Shown: one piece after another, positions 28,913 through 39,100 of the stretch
Layout of the letters: each line of letters begins with the position of its first letter
Numbering within the stretch: position 1 is the stretch's first letter
DNA from: a virus
Lineage: Duplodnaviria; Caudoviricetes
IMG/VR virus record: IMGVR_UViG_3300043256_000267
Coordinates: 1 to 55,579 of that record
Direction: 5' to 3' (one strand)
DNA: 55,579 nt
Position numbers and translations under genes: made by a program
Notes under the pieces: model-generated
Databases searched by the model: none
Seen by the model: only the letters and a program-made list of their open reading frames with translations
What the model was told of the DNA's origin: nothing

Positions 28913-29182
28913 ATGAACGCGCTACTCGAAGTCAAAAGTGGAAGGCACAAGATGCTGCTCAATCCCAGTGCGGTCGTGTGGGCGGCACCCAAAACAGGCG
29001 AAAATCATGTCTGCGTTGCTACAATGAGCGCTGCCAACGAAGACGGGTCCGCGTTTTTAGTGTTTGACTGTTCTTACGAGAAATTCAAACGCGGGTGGTT
29101 AAACGCTCTCAACTACGACCTTGTGTTCGGCGACGTTGAAATTCCTGGCGCATCGGGAACCAAAGAAGTGGTTGCGGTATGA
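28913..29182 (+). CDS. Hypothetical protein
   Basis: ATGA-coupled on both sides. Confidence 0.6.
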   Translation: MNALLEVKSGRHKMLLNPSAVVWAAPKTGENHVCVATMSAANEDGSAFLVFDCSYEKFKRGWLNALNYDLVFGDVEIPGASGTKEVVAV

Positions 29183-29670
29183 CACAATCAACCAAGCCAA
29201 CAAATCCCAAGGATCGCGCAGCCACGTCGCGGCTGGACCTGAGTCTATTCCCGGCGACGGCCCGCGTCTACGGGGCGCTCGCCATGACAGAGGGGCATTT
29301 GAAGTACGGCGGCTACAACTACCGGGACGCTGGCGTACTGGCATCGATCTACTATGCCGCTGCCGGTCGCCATCTAGATAAGTGGTTCAACGGTCAAAAG
29401 CTCGACCCCAAAACGGGTGTTCCCCACCTTGCCAACGCCCTTGCCTGCATTGCGGTTCTTATCGATGCGGTAGAGTGCGACAAGCTAAATGACGATCGGC
29501 CACCGCGTTGCGACATGGACCGCCTACTGGCAGGGGCTGAAGAGTATGTAGCCCAGTTGCAAAAACTGTTCCCCAACGGTCCCGCGCGCTTTACCCACAT
29601 GCCGCCTGCACAGAGAAAAAAACCAGCGTCGGAGTCTTGTGTCGATTCGGAGTGGATACATGATTTCTGA
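29179..29670 (+). CDS. dATP/dGTP diphosphohydrolase-like protein (DUF5664 type)
   Basis: NPKD...G.LKYG.YNYR...YYAAAGRH...DPKTGVPHLANA. Confidence 0.8.
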   Translation: MTQSTKPTNPKDRAATSRLDLSLFPATARVYGALAMTEGHLKYGGYNYRDAGVLASIYYAAAGRHLDKWFNGQKLDPKTGVPHLANALACIAVLIDAVECDKLNDDRPPRCDMDRLLAGAEEYVAQLQKLFPNGPARFTHMPPAQRKKPASESCVDSEWIHDF

Positions 29671-30742
29671 CCTTTCCAAAATGACGGAAGTGCGGGAAGT
29701 TTCGCTGCGGTCTACATTCATGTCGGACAGCGAACGGTGTCCTCGGTGCGCCCTGTTGCGCCACCGGGCCGGGCTTGTTCCGCGTGGCCACACATCCGAC
29801 GCACGATTCCGCGGGGACATTATGCACAAGATCGTCGCCGAGATCCTCCGCGGCAAGATGCAGGAGCAAGCAGAGAGTGCCGCCCATACTCGCTTGACCG
29901 AAACATCGCAGAGCATTGTCGACTCGCTCACGGATTCTGGATATACGCCCGCGGGCAAGACTCCAGAAGAAGCGATCAAGAGCCTGGAGACCGAAACCAA
30001 GGTTGCTATCGCCATGTCCCGCGCCTACTGCAAATTCTTCGGTATCCGCGCCGGCTCAGCCGACGTTCTCGTGGATCACGATGGCGAGATCATCCACCAA
30101 GCGCTTCCTATCCACAAAAACTCGGTGGAACTCCACATCCGTATCGTCCAGCCGCAAGTAGGTGGTCCTGGAGAAGCCGGCACACTGGATGGGGTGCTCA
30201 TTGACGAACCCAAGCGTTCGCTGTACGTGCTCGACCATAAGTCCTCTGGTCTGGACATTGTGCAGTACATCCGCACGCTTCCACTTGCCGCGCAAACACT
30301 CTTGTACCCACGCTTGGCCCGAATGTTTTGTGGGAGCGGCGACTTGAAAGTAGCCGGTATCATCTACAACGTGATCCGCACGCCGACTATCCGCATGAAG
30401 AAGGAATACGGTGGGAGCATCGACAAGTATTGTGAAGCTGTAGACAAATGGTACCGCGGAGAGCACAATTTCGAGGCGGTGATGGCCCAGACGATCATTC
30501 GCCCTTCTCCAGAGTTAAAAGTGCTCTCGACACAACGGCTTGACAATGCTGCGCGTTACTGCACAGCGCCACCCCTGCTGGAGAACTTCCCCGCCACGGG
30601 CGGCACTGCGTGCAATGCGTACAACTCGCTTTGCCAGTTCATCGGGTTATGTACAACAGACACAAGTTTGTGGCCAGAACAGCTAGAGCGGTACGATAGA
30701 GACTGGCGCGACGACGAATCCAAAACAGGAGAGACCCCGTGA
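29660..30742 (+). CDS. PD-(D/E)XK Cas4/RecB-like exonuclease
   Basis: RCPR, G.I.H, GTLDG, DHKS, C-terminal Cys cluster. Confidence 0.8.
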   Translation: MISDLSKMTEVREVSLRSTFMSDSERCPRCALLRHRAGLVPRGHTSDARFRGDIMHKIVAEILRGKMQEQAESAAHTRLTETSQSIVDSLTDSGYTPAGKTPEEAIKSLETETKVAIAMSRAYCKFFGIRAGSADVLVDHDGEIIHQALPIHKNSVELHIRIVQPQVGGPGEAGTLDGVLIDEPKRSLYVLDHKSSGLDIVQYIRTLPLAAQTLLYPRLARMFCGSGDLKVAGIIYNVIRTPTIRMKKEYGGSIDKYCEAVDKWYRGEHNFEAVMAQTIIRPSPELKVLSTQRLDNAARYCTAPPLLENFPATGGTACNAYNSLCQFIGLCTTDTSLWPEQLERYDRDWRDDESKTGETP

Positions 30743-31698
30743 CTACGACTCAAAGCGTAACGAACGTAATGACCAAGCGCGCGGTGAAGTTGCCCGCCGC
30801 GCTCACCGGTAAGATGAGAGTGTGCGCGCCGTTTGAGGCACCGGACCTGGACTCGTTGTTCCTTGTAATCCAGGGGCGTCCCGGCTGCGGCAAGTCCTCG
30901 TTGGTCGCATCCAATCCGCGCTGTCTCTTTTTCGATCTGGAGAAGAACGCGGGTACAGTAATCGACCCTGCCGCCGAGCGCGTGCAAGTGCGGCCCACGT
31001 CGACTACCGCCGCCAAAGACATCCGCGCCGGCGTAGATGGCTTCCTGTCTGCCTACCGCACCGACACTGCACTCCGCGAGGCGATTTCCACAATCGCGTT
31101 TGACTCGTATGACCGCCTTGTGGAGATTTTCCTCCGGGACCTCTGTCGCGAGCACAACTTGGAGGACGCCGGCGAGTACAAGACCGGCCACGGCAAGGGG
31201 TACTTTAAGGTCCGCGATGAGCTGTTTGACATGTTCGAGCGCATCCTGCAAGCCGGGTTGGGTGTTATGCTCACGGCCCACTTGGGGCCACAGGACATTC
31301 GTATTCCCGGCAAGAGCGAACCAGAAACACACATCACGCTCTCGGTGTCCAAGACATTCCGCAACACGCTGGTCCGCACACGGCACATGATGTTTCGCAT
31401 AGAGTGCCAGCCCGTTATGATTACCAAGACTACTGCTGCCGGTGTCAAGATCAAGTTGCCGTCCAACGATCCGTCAGCGTGTGAGTACGTGCTTATTACC
31501 AACACGGCTACCAACGCCAACGATTTCGACTCGCCCAAGTCGTCAGTCCCACTCGGTTCCAAGTTAGTCATCCCCGCGGCGGGCGGCTGGCAGGCACTTC
31601 GGGATGCCTACGCCGGTGCTGTAGAAACACGAAGAAACCAGAGCCGCGCCCTTGACACCGCGGCTCCCAAAGGCAATAATCAAACAGGAGGACAGTAA
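30739..31698 (+). CDS. AAA_24/Sak4-like recombination ATPase
   Basis: GRPGCGKS, FDLE, IAFDS, LTAH; sits between the exonuclease and SSB-like genes. Confidence 0.8.
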   Translation: MTTTQSVTNVMTKRAVKLPAALTGKMRVCAPFEAPDLDSLFLVIQGRPGCGKSSLVASNPRCLFFDLEKNAGTVIDPAAERVQVRPTSTTAAKDIRAGVDGFLSAYRTDTALREAISTIAFDSYDRLVEIFLRDLCREHNLEDAGEYKTGHGKGYFKVRDELFDMFERILQAGLGVMLTAHLGPQDIRIPGKSEPETHITLSVSKTFRNTLVRTRHMMFRIECQPVMITKTTAAGVKIKLPSNDPSACEYVLITNTATNANDFDSPKSSVPLGSKLVIPAAGGWQALRDAYAGAVETRRNQSRALDTAAPKGNNQTGGQ

Positions 31699-31889
31699 TG
31701 GCTACGCTACTTGAAGATGCAGTTCGCGCACTGGTCGGACCGGCCGCAACAGTCGACTTGGTGTCTGATGATCTAGACTTCATGGTGAACGACGCTGCCG
31801 GCGGGAACATGGACGACGCCTTTGAACTCGGCGTTAAAGCCGGCGAAGCTTCGATGGCCCGGCAAGTTTCGGAACTTTTGAGCAGTTAA
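31698..31889 (+). CDS. Hypothetical protein
   Basis: AGGAGG RBS; TAATG coupling. Confidence 0.65.
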   Translation: MATLLEDAVRALVGPAATVDLVSDDLDFMVNDAAGGNMDDAFELGVKAGEASMARQVSELLSS

Positions 31890-31950
31890 ATCTGGAGCGC
31901 GCAAGTAGCCGCTCCGTCCGTCAGTCAGTTACAGCAAGAGGAGAATTTCA

Positions 31951-32430
31951 ATGTCGGAAGAGCAAGGATTCATGGACGTTCTGGCCGGGTTCATTCCCGT
32001 TGCCAGAGACACCGAAGTTGGGGACGGTGGCTACTTTATTCCCAAGGGCGAAAAGCATCTGTCCCTCAACACAGCCGAGTTCGAGCCGGGCACGAATGAC
32101 TACGGCCCGTTCGTCAAGGCCACCCTTACTTGGGGCATCTGTGACCCCGGTGAGGACCAAGACCGTGAGTTCTCGACTGTGTATTTTGTGAACCCCACCA
32201 AAGACGGTAAGCTGTCCTTTGGCGGTCAAGACCTTCTGCGCCTCGCCGCGGTATTTGCAGGCGAGCCGATCGCGGACAACAACCCCGTCAACGCCGTGGC
32301 AGTCATTCAAGGTTCCATCAGCGCTGTCATCAAGGCCAAGTGCTCCGTGCGCAAGGACAAGAAGTCGGGCAACGAGTACCCCCGCGTCCGCCCGCTCTCC
32401 CTGGAAGCTACCCCCGGGGATTCTCAGTAA
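31951..32430 (+). CDS. Probable single-stranded DNA-binding protein
   Basis: Follows the Sak4-like gene; beta-rich, 159 aa; strong RBS. Confidence 0.6.
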   Translation: MSEEQGFMDVLAGFIPVARDTEVGDGGYFIPKGEKHLSLNTAEFEPGTNDYGPFVKATLTWGICDPGEDQDREFSTVYFVNPTKDGKLSFGGQDLLRLAAVFAGEPIADNNPVNAVAVIQGSISAVIKAKCSVRKDKKSGNEYPRVRPLSLEATPGDSQ

Positions 32431-32491
32431 CCGCACCCCTGTATGGGAACCATGCCCGCCAGAGCGTGGGAATAAAAAAAAATCTGGCAGT

Positions 32492-32593
32492 CCGGCGGTG
32501 GCGTAAATGGCAACCGCATGGGATGGCATCTGGACACGAAAGTGGTCATTCCTGCCCTGAGAGGGTTTGCAGGTTCGAGTCCTGCCCGCCGAA
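32492..32593 (+). ncRNA. tRNA-like RNA with an expanded anticodon arm
   Basis: Acceptor CCGGCGG/CCGCCGA, D arm GCG..TGG..CGC, variable arm GCCCT/AGGGT, T arm GCAGG-TTCGAGT-CCTGC. Confidence 0.7.
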
Positions 32594-32642
32594 ATGGAGA
32601 CTGAGTGGGGCGACACCTGCCCGGATGACAAATACGCATGGG

Positions 32643-32662
32643 CCATTGGTGGGGACCGGTTG
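32643..32662. repeat. 20-bp motif, copy 5
   Basis: Exact; intergenic. Confidence 0.95.
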
Positions 32663-32739
32663 GGGTCATGCGTTCCAGTCGTCCAAAGTGGCGTGACTGC
32701 TGGAGAGACAGCGATTTTCTAACCAAAAAGGAACTACCC

Positions 32740-32958
32740 ATGAAGTTTACAGTGAGCAACAACGAGCGGCCCGACATCGTTTTCCGCGCCGAAATTGATG
32801 ACGACGGGGACTTAATGCTGTACGCCAATGGCTACAAGCTACTCTTCATCACGCACAGGACGGGATGCTTAGTCCCGATGGATGTACCGGACGACCAGCT
32901 CGCGGCGTTGGCGGGGTTATCATTTAATAAAAAGGGCCGCATTACGATATCCGTATGA
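32740..32958 (+). CDS. Hypothetical protein
   Basis: AAGGA RBS. Confidence 0.65.
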   Translation: MKFTVSNNERPDIVFRAEIDDDGDLMLYANGYKLLFITHRTGCLVPMDVPDDQLAALAGLSFNKKGRITISV

Positions 32959-33182
32959 GCAGAACACACAAAGGACAAAAAGCAGCGCCGCAGTGCAACG
33001 AGCCCGATGCCGAACGCGAGGTCCCTACTGTGTGCCGGTGGTGCAAAGGCACGCACGAGATAACCATCAACTTCAAGACCAAGCCGTGCGATTGCGTAAA
33101 GCAGGAAAACACTGGTTGCGTGGGACAGGAGAACATTGGCCGTGGATGGCACGTGAAAAAGACGTTCACTGTGGGTGCGTAA
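32955..33182 (+). CDS. Small Zn-binding protein
   Basis: CRWCKG...PCDC. Confidence 0.55.
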   Translation: MSRTHKGQKAAPQCNEPDAEREVPTVCRWCKGTHEITINFKTKPCDCVKQENTGCVGQENIGRGWHVKKTFTVGA

Positions 33183-33186
33183 GGGG

Positions 33187-33206
33187 CAACCGGTCCCCAC
33201 CAATGG
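33187..33206. repeat. 20-bp motif, copy 6 (inverted)
   Basis: Exact; intergenic. Confidence 0.95.
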
Positions 33207-33234
33207 TCAATTTTACATTTGAGGGAGAAAACAG

Positions 33235-33444
33235 ATGAAAATTGTGGGCTGTGATATTACTTTGGTGCCGGTGTCGAGTCTTGTGCCCGGCAGCACGTTT
33301 CGGTACGGTAGCGATTACTACGTCAGCACGTGTGCCGGGGTACGTAAACAAGACATTTGGGGAATCAATCTGGAAAATGGCAATTTTATCACCTCCGCTT
33401 CGACGGTGGTAGAGCCTGTAGTTATGGAAGCGCGCGTGTTGTGA
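33235..33444 (+). CDS. Hypothetical protein
   Basis: GGGAG RBS. Confidence 0.65.
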   Translation: MKIVGCDITLVPVSSLVPGSTFRYGSDYYVSTCAGVRKQDIWGINLENGNFITSASTVVEPVVMEARVL

Positions 33445-33938
33445 GGCAGACGCGTGTACAACTAGATCTGCACACGCACTGGCGGGCGCCGGGGCAGGCA
33501 AGCGGGGTCAAGGTGCGACTGGCTGCGGCGCGGATGCTAATGGCTGTGAAGATCGCCATGCGTAGCCTGCCCGCGCAGACACGAATCGCGTGGGGTGGGC
33601 CGTACTCGCAGGAGCCGCCGGTCATGCGCGTGGTGTGGGGGTGGCCGCTAGCGGATGACTGGCACAAGATCGGTGTGTACTCAGGCTTGGCCGACAGTGA
33701 CCCGCGCACGCGAATGCGGTGGACTGTCTCCAAGCGCGCGCTCCGTTTGCAGATGGGGCACGAAACGCTCCCTTGCAGCAAATGGAACGGTGTACTGTCT
33801 TGTGATCCCGATGAGGAAACCTCGATGCGCATAGTCCTTCACGCGCGCCCGCAGTCGTACGTATCGCGCACGCCCTCCAAGACGCGCCCTGTAGCCCCCG
33901 GACCCAACGATCCTTTCCCGGAGATTGTGTTGCCATGA
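33441..33938 (+). CDS. Hypothetical protein
   Basis: GTGA coupling. Confidence 0.55.
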   Translation: MRQTRVQLDLHTHWRAPGQASGVKVRLAAARMLMAVKIAMRSLPAQTRIAWGGPYSQEPPVMRVVWGWPLADDWHKIGVYSGLADSDPRTRMRWTVSKRALRLQMGHETLPCSKWNGVLSCDPDEETSMRIVLHARPQSYVSRTPSKTRPVAPGPNDPFPEIVLP

Positions 33939-34133
33939 AAGCGTGGTTGAAAGACAAGCTGCGGTGTTGGTGTTATGATATCGGCTGGTGTCCAACTTGC
34001 CGCCGGTTGATTAGGCACGAACGATGCGAACCGTTTGCCGACTGCGGCTGCGGTTTGATAGAGTGGACAGGAAAGCCACCGTTGCTGGAGAGGCTGCGGT
34101 GGTGGCTGGACCGTGTCGTCCCGCGAGGGTAGC

Positions 34134-35303
34134 GTGAAGCGGCTAGATGAACTATACCAAGAAGCGTTTGGGTGGGGGCCAGCGCAGTTGGCGTGTGTGC
34201 ATCTGGCGCTGGGGTGCTACCTGGCGCCGCGGTGGCCGGCGCATCAGAGCCCTGCGTGGGCTGTAATGGTTGGCCCGCAATCGTGTGGCAAGAGCACCAT
34301 CCTGAGCATGTTCGATGGCATCCCGTACAGCGTGTGCGTAGACCATCTAACACGCAATGCGCTTACGTCGTGCTACTCGGACGAGGATGACCCAGAAGCG
34401 GACCACTCGCTGTTCCACAAGCTGTCGGTAGGTACGCATCCGGTGGGGGAAAAGGTGTGGATTGTGCAAGAGCTATCGTCCATACTCGCGATGGAGCCTG
34501 TGGTCCTGGAGAAACACTTTGCAGACCTGCGCGCGGCCCACGTGGGCAAGCATGTGTCTCATGGCGGCATGTCCGGTACGCGCGTTCGCAACATTGGGTC
34601 GTTCGGTATGCTGATCGGGACGACGGAGGCGTTCGAGCCGATACGCGCCAAGATGACTACGTTTGGGGACCGCTTCCTGGCAATTCGCATGGCCCGGCAC
34701 GCGGACGCGTTTGAGGACCTGCGCGCCGAGTCTGATCGCGCTTGGGCCTGTGATGCAAGAAAGCAGGCTCAGATGAAGCTCCTAATCCGAGAAGAGACGC
34801 ACAAGATCATCAACCGCGGCATTGCCAATTTGTCTAGCCCGGTAACTGGGCAGGACCCGCCTACGATTTCGATTCCGCCTGCGCTGGCAGACCGGCTGTC
34901 TGCGTGGACCACGATCCACAGCACGTTTGCGACGGCGCCGCTGCACAACGGCGTACTGGCAACTGCGGTGGGCAAGCCGTATCGTATAGTGGAGCAGGTA
35001 CGTTCGTGGGGAGACACGCACGCGCTTTTGAACGAACGGACCGAGTGGAACGAGTCCGAAATGTTGGTGGCCCGGCGCGTGTTCCAGGACTCAATGCCGC
35101 GGGGCCACTGGGATTTGTTATCGGCGCTCGCGCAGCCCAACGGCGCGCCTACCACAAACATGAACCTGATTCGACAGTGGGCCTATCTGGGTGCGGTGGA
35201 AACCACGGATGGTTCGGACATAGAATACGGTAGGGAGCGGACGTACCGCCTCACAAAGAAGTATTGTCAATTGGCAGAAAGGACAGGGTATTTTGATGGC
35301 TAG
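34134..35303 (+). CDS. AAA+ P-loop ATPase, candidate replicative helicase (MCM-like)
   Basis: VGPQSCGKST, WIVQE, GDRFL arginine-finger-like motif. Confidence 0.65.
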   Translation: MKRLDELYQEAFGWGPAQLACVHLALGCYLAPRWPAHQSPAWAVMVGPQSCGKSTILSMFDGIPYSVCVDHLTRNALTSCYSDEDDPEADHSLFHKLSVGTHPVGEKVWIVQELSSILAMEPVVLEKHFADLRAAHVGKHVSHGGMSGTRVRNIGSFGMLIGTTEAFEPIRAKMTTFGDRFLAIRMARHADAFEDLRAESDRAWACDARKQAQMKLLIREETHKIINRGIANLSSPVTGQDPPTISIPPALADRLSAWTTIHSTFATAPLHNGVLATAVGKPYRIVEQVRSWGDTHALLNERTEWNESEMLVARRVFQDSMPRGHWDLLSALAQPNGAPTTNMNLIRQWAYLGAVETTDGSDIEYGRERTYRLTKKYCQLAERTGYFDG

Positions 35304-35880
35304 CAACAAGTGGTGTACAACGGTTGATGGTAAAGAAATCAACCTGTTTGATCCAGACCCGTCTATATTCACAGTGGACCGCATCGCGAACGCGTTAGCG
35401 CGGATCAACCGGTTTGCGGGCGCCTGGGAACGCGCCGTCAGCGTGGCCCGCCACTCCATGCGCGTGGCCGAACGTCTCCGCGCGGACGGCTGTGACATCG
35501 AAACTCAGTTGCAAGGACTTTTCCACGATGCCGCCGAAGCCTTCACCACTGACATTCCTTCTCCGCTCAAGAAACTCCTGTTTGTCGCGGCCCCTCGGCT
35601 TGGGAAGGAATACGTGACTTACGAGAGGTTTGAGAATTTTCTAATCCATTCCATCTTTGATTGGTTAAGAATCGAATGGCCGCTGCGGCCGGAAGTACAT
35701 ACAGCGGACAAGCTGCTTACAGAACACGAAAAGCCTTGGGTTGCTGGCAAAGAGTGCAACCTGTATCGTGGCTTGTCAACGGACCCGGACGTTGTTGCGG
35801 AGGCGTTCAAGATTCGTGCGGAGAATCTGTTCAACGAGCGCGCGCACGCCGCCGACCTGATTAGAGGAGCGAGCAAATGA
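35296..35880 (+). CDS. HD-domain 5'-deoxynucleotidase (YfbR/YfdR-like)
   Basis: IANALARINRFAG, SVARHS, LFHDAAEAF..DIPSPLK. Confidence 0.88.
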   Translation: MASNKWCTTVDGKEINLFDPDPSIFTVDRIANALARINRFAGAWERAVSVARHSMRVAERLRADGCDIETQLQGLFHDAAEAFTTDIPSPLKKLLFVAAPRLGKEYVTYERFENFLIHSIFDWLRIEWPLRPEVHTADKLLTEHEKPWVAGKECNLYRGLSTDPDVVAEAFKIRAENLFNERAHAADLIRGASK

Positions 35881-36128
35881 CTCGCATTGAGCAACTTGAA
35901 CAAAGCTGGCGCAATCTGGAAGCGGACGTGTCCAGCAAACTCCGCAAAACCAACGCGCGGTCAAATACCTACACGGAGAGACGTTGTCGCGAGCGCGATC
36001 CTAAGAGCAAATTTCCTTCTCTGCCGTCTAGTGACGAAACTATTGAACGGGCCAGAGCCGCCGAGCTAGCATCTACACTGGATTTGATTCATACCGCGAT
36101 GCGCGAGTTGGGGTTGCGGTATGATTAA
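35877..36128 (+). CDS. Hypothetical protein (last gene of the plus arm)
   Basis: GAGGAG RBS; ATGA overlap. Confidence 0.6.
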   Translation: MTRIEQLEQSWRNLEADVSSKLRKTNARSNTYTERRCRERDPKSKFPSLPSSDETIERARAAELASTLDLIHTAMRELGLRYD

Positions 36129-36133
36129 GTGGG

Positions 36134-39100
36134 TCAGGGGAAGATAGTCGGGACGCGGGTGCGCTGGCGACCAATTGCATACGGGTCAACTTCGGACATG
36201 GGGTCAAGGTCATTGGTGTAGGTGGGCAGTTCGGCCGCAACCGGCTTGTACAGGCCGCTGCGGACGGCGCGGCCGACTGGTCCCTGGAACGCGGCTGCTT
36301 CGTAGAACGGGCGCACATCGCGCGGCAAGGCAGATAGCTGCTTCTCGATGCGGGTCATCTTACGGCGCCGCTGCATCTGCCTTAACTGGTCCGTTGTGAG
36401 CGCGATGGGGTGGCCGAACCGGCGCACGTGCTCGGCTTCGATATTGGATGCTTTGGTGGCGTCGTTGGCAAAGAGCGCGTCCAAGTACAAGCGGCGGGTT
36501 TCCTTGATCGCGTTTGAGTCCAGCCTCAACCGGTTTGCCAGTTCAGCTTCCTGGTCAATTGCACCGCCCTTGATCCCCAACGAATGCCGGACAAGTTCCC
36601 AGGGCTTGTAGTACCCGACCAAGCTACCCTTTCCAGTGTACACAGGAATGCGACCAGTATGCGGGTCTCGTCCTGCATAGTCGGCGTGCTTGCGGTTGAG
36701 CCACCGGGCTGCCGGCTTGCCCACACCCTCGTTGATTCCTGGCACCAACCCCAGAGCACGCGCGGCCGCTACACCGCCGGGCACCAGCAACGGCATCTGT
36801 CGCGTGAACTGGTCCCAATCGCCAGACCCCGCTGCCGACAAGAACCCCCCCACGATGGTGGCGGCTGGAGGTACAATCGGGAGCGGGGCCAAGATGCTCC
36901 CGCGGTCATCGACGTTTGTAAAAGACGGCAGCGCACCCCCAATCAATGCGTCCTTCATGTTCACGCCAAGCGTCTGGCCCACCTCCATCGTGGCCCACGA
37001 GTACATGACCTGGCGGGAGATTTGCGAAAAGTCCCGCTCTTGGATCGCGCGCCGGAAACCCTCCAGCGTGAACTCGGTGAACTTTATGGGGAACATGGCC
37101 AGTTGCCGAACGACTGGCTGCCCAAACGTCCCAGCAGGAAGGAACGCCATCGGAGTATCAGTCAATCCTGGCACGAACTGGGTCCGCACAGCCACTTGGT
37201 GCGCGTGCTTGATCGCTTCTGCCCCACGCATTCCACCTGCCTTAGCGTGTGTTAGGCCCGCGTAGAACCCAGACATACGCACGTTGGTTTCTGACAGCTT
37301 GAACAGTGACATCGCCGCGCGCTTGGCCTTTTCCACTGTACTCACACCAATAGGCGCCGTCTTTTGCAGCCGGTAGGCAGATTCCATTGCGCGTCCAAGC
37401 ACTTCGTCCGTGAGCGGACTGCCGTGCAACCCCGACTCTACGAACTCAGGGAACACCCGCTTGAGTGCATCTGCATGGCCGATCTTTTGCGCCAGCCGCG
37501 CCTCGAAGTACCGCGGCATCCGCTTCAATACTTCCAATTGGCCCGCAAGTGCGTTCTTGCCCCCAACCAGCGGCGCCGTAGTAAGCACCTGCTGGAACGT
37601 GTTTTTGAACGCAGCAGACGGGTTGAGTCCCAACGTGCTCAAGTAGAAGTAGCTCGCGACCGAGTGGGAAAACCCACGTAGGCTGAAAGCACCCATGCTG
37701 CTACTGTACATGTCCCGCATGTGGTTGGCAAAGTCGTCGCCCACCGCCACCCGAACGCGTGGTGATTCCATCAAGCCGATGATCTGTCCCCACCGTTGAT
37801 CCCACAACTGTGCATTGAGTGCCTGGCGCGGTGTTGGCCTGCCCAGCGCGGACGGGATAACAGTGTTCTCCAGCATACGCGCGCGCCAGCCAGCTTTCGC
37901 GTCCACCTTGCCGAGCAGTTTTGCGCGCTGCAACTCGCCGAGTATCTTTGGCCCGTTCCCGCGGATCGACCACGCATACGTGTTTCCGATCGAGTGGTAG
38001 TAGTTCTGGAGGACCGGCTCCAGGCGCAGTGAATACTGCTTAGGCATGTGCTCCGCGATGCCGGTTACGAACAAGTCCCGCTCGCCGTCAGCCACTAGGT
38101 TTTTGCCCTGCGCAGTGATCTCGTCTAGCGTTTTGCGGCGAAACGTCCTAAGTGTGCGGTCGGACATACCTGCTTTCCCAAATCCCTTGAGCAGTTTGTC
38201 CTTCACGCCGTTTTGCAATCGGGTCAGGGCTGCGGGGTCTACCAAGTCTCCAAGCAACCCAAGTTCCTGGAGCGCCGGCATCATAGCGCCCTCGCGGCGG
38301 TAGAACTCACGCCCCAAAAACGTGACGGTTTGCAGTTGCGCCTTACGGGAAAACTCTTGTCCGTTTGCGGTCGCCGTAATCGCATCATGTACCCGTTTGG
38401 CGTCGGCCTGCGTGCGAATCGTCCGGTGCGGCATGTAATCCGGGACACCTTTCCACTTGCCCTGCTTGAGCCACGTCTGCATGGCCTTCATGTCAGACAC
38501 ATCGTAGCCCAAACCCTCTAGCCGCTTAGCCGTGTTCCGTAAGCCAGTGATGAACTCTGGCCGGTTGAACACATGATCGCGTGTATGGTCTAATGCCGCC
38601 CGCACGTCTGCGCTCAGTTGGCGCAGGGCCGGGGTCATAGCCTCTTCTAGCCGTGGCACCAGCGGCCCAACATCCTTCCACCCATGCGGTGCTTTCAGAT
38701 GCAGCTTTTCACCGTGTAGAAACGCCATCACCTGCTCACGTGCATTGGGAGTTTTCCCGGTCGCGCGCGCGTACTTCTCAAATGCTGGCCCGAGCATCCC
38801 GTCTACGTACTTGGTGTGAATCTCGTTCTTGGCGAAAACAATGTCGTCCAAAAGGTCCGGCACCGGTGTCCCACGGAACGCCGACCGGGCGCCGGCCAAG
38901 CTGCGCAACACCGGGACACGTGCCAACATGCCGTCAATTTGGCTCTTGACCTTGAACAGTGCTTTGGCTGACGGGATCGGAGAAACGAAGGTGAGCGCGA
39001 TAGACGCCATCACCGCAGGGTTAGTCAGGGTCTCCATAATGCGGCCCTGGAGAGAGTCGCGGCGGATTCCCCACTTGCGGAGAAGCTGGTCCCGTTCCCC

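Noticed and set aside
32519-32553. Self-splicing intron or an assignable anticodon in the tRNA-like gene
   Set aside because: The 18-nt excess is far too short for a group I intron, and no register gives a canonical U33 anticodon loop
29179-35880. 2-aminoadenine (Z) genome pathway
   Set aside because: No PurZ/adenylosuccinate-synthetase-like ORF is visible
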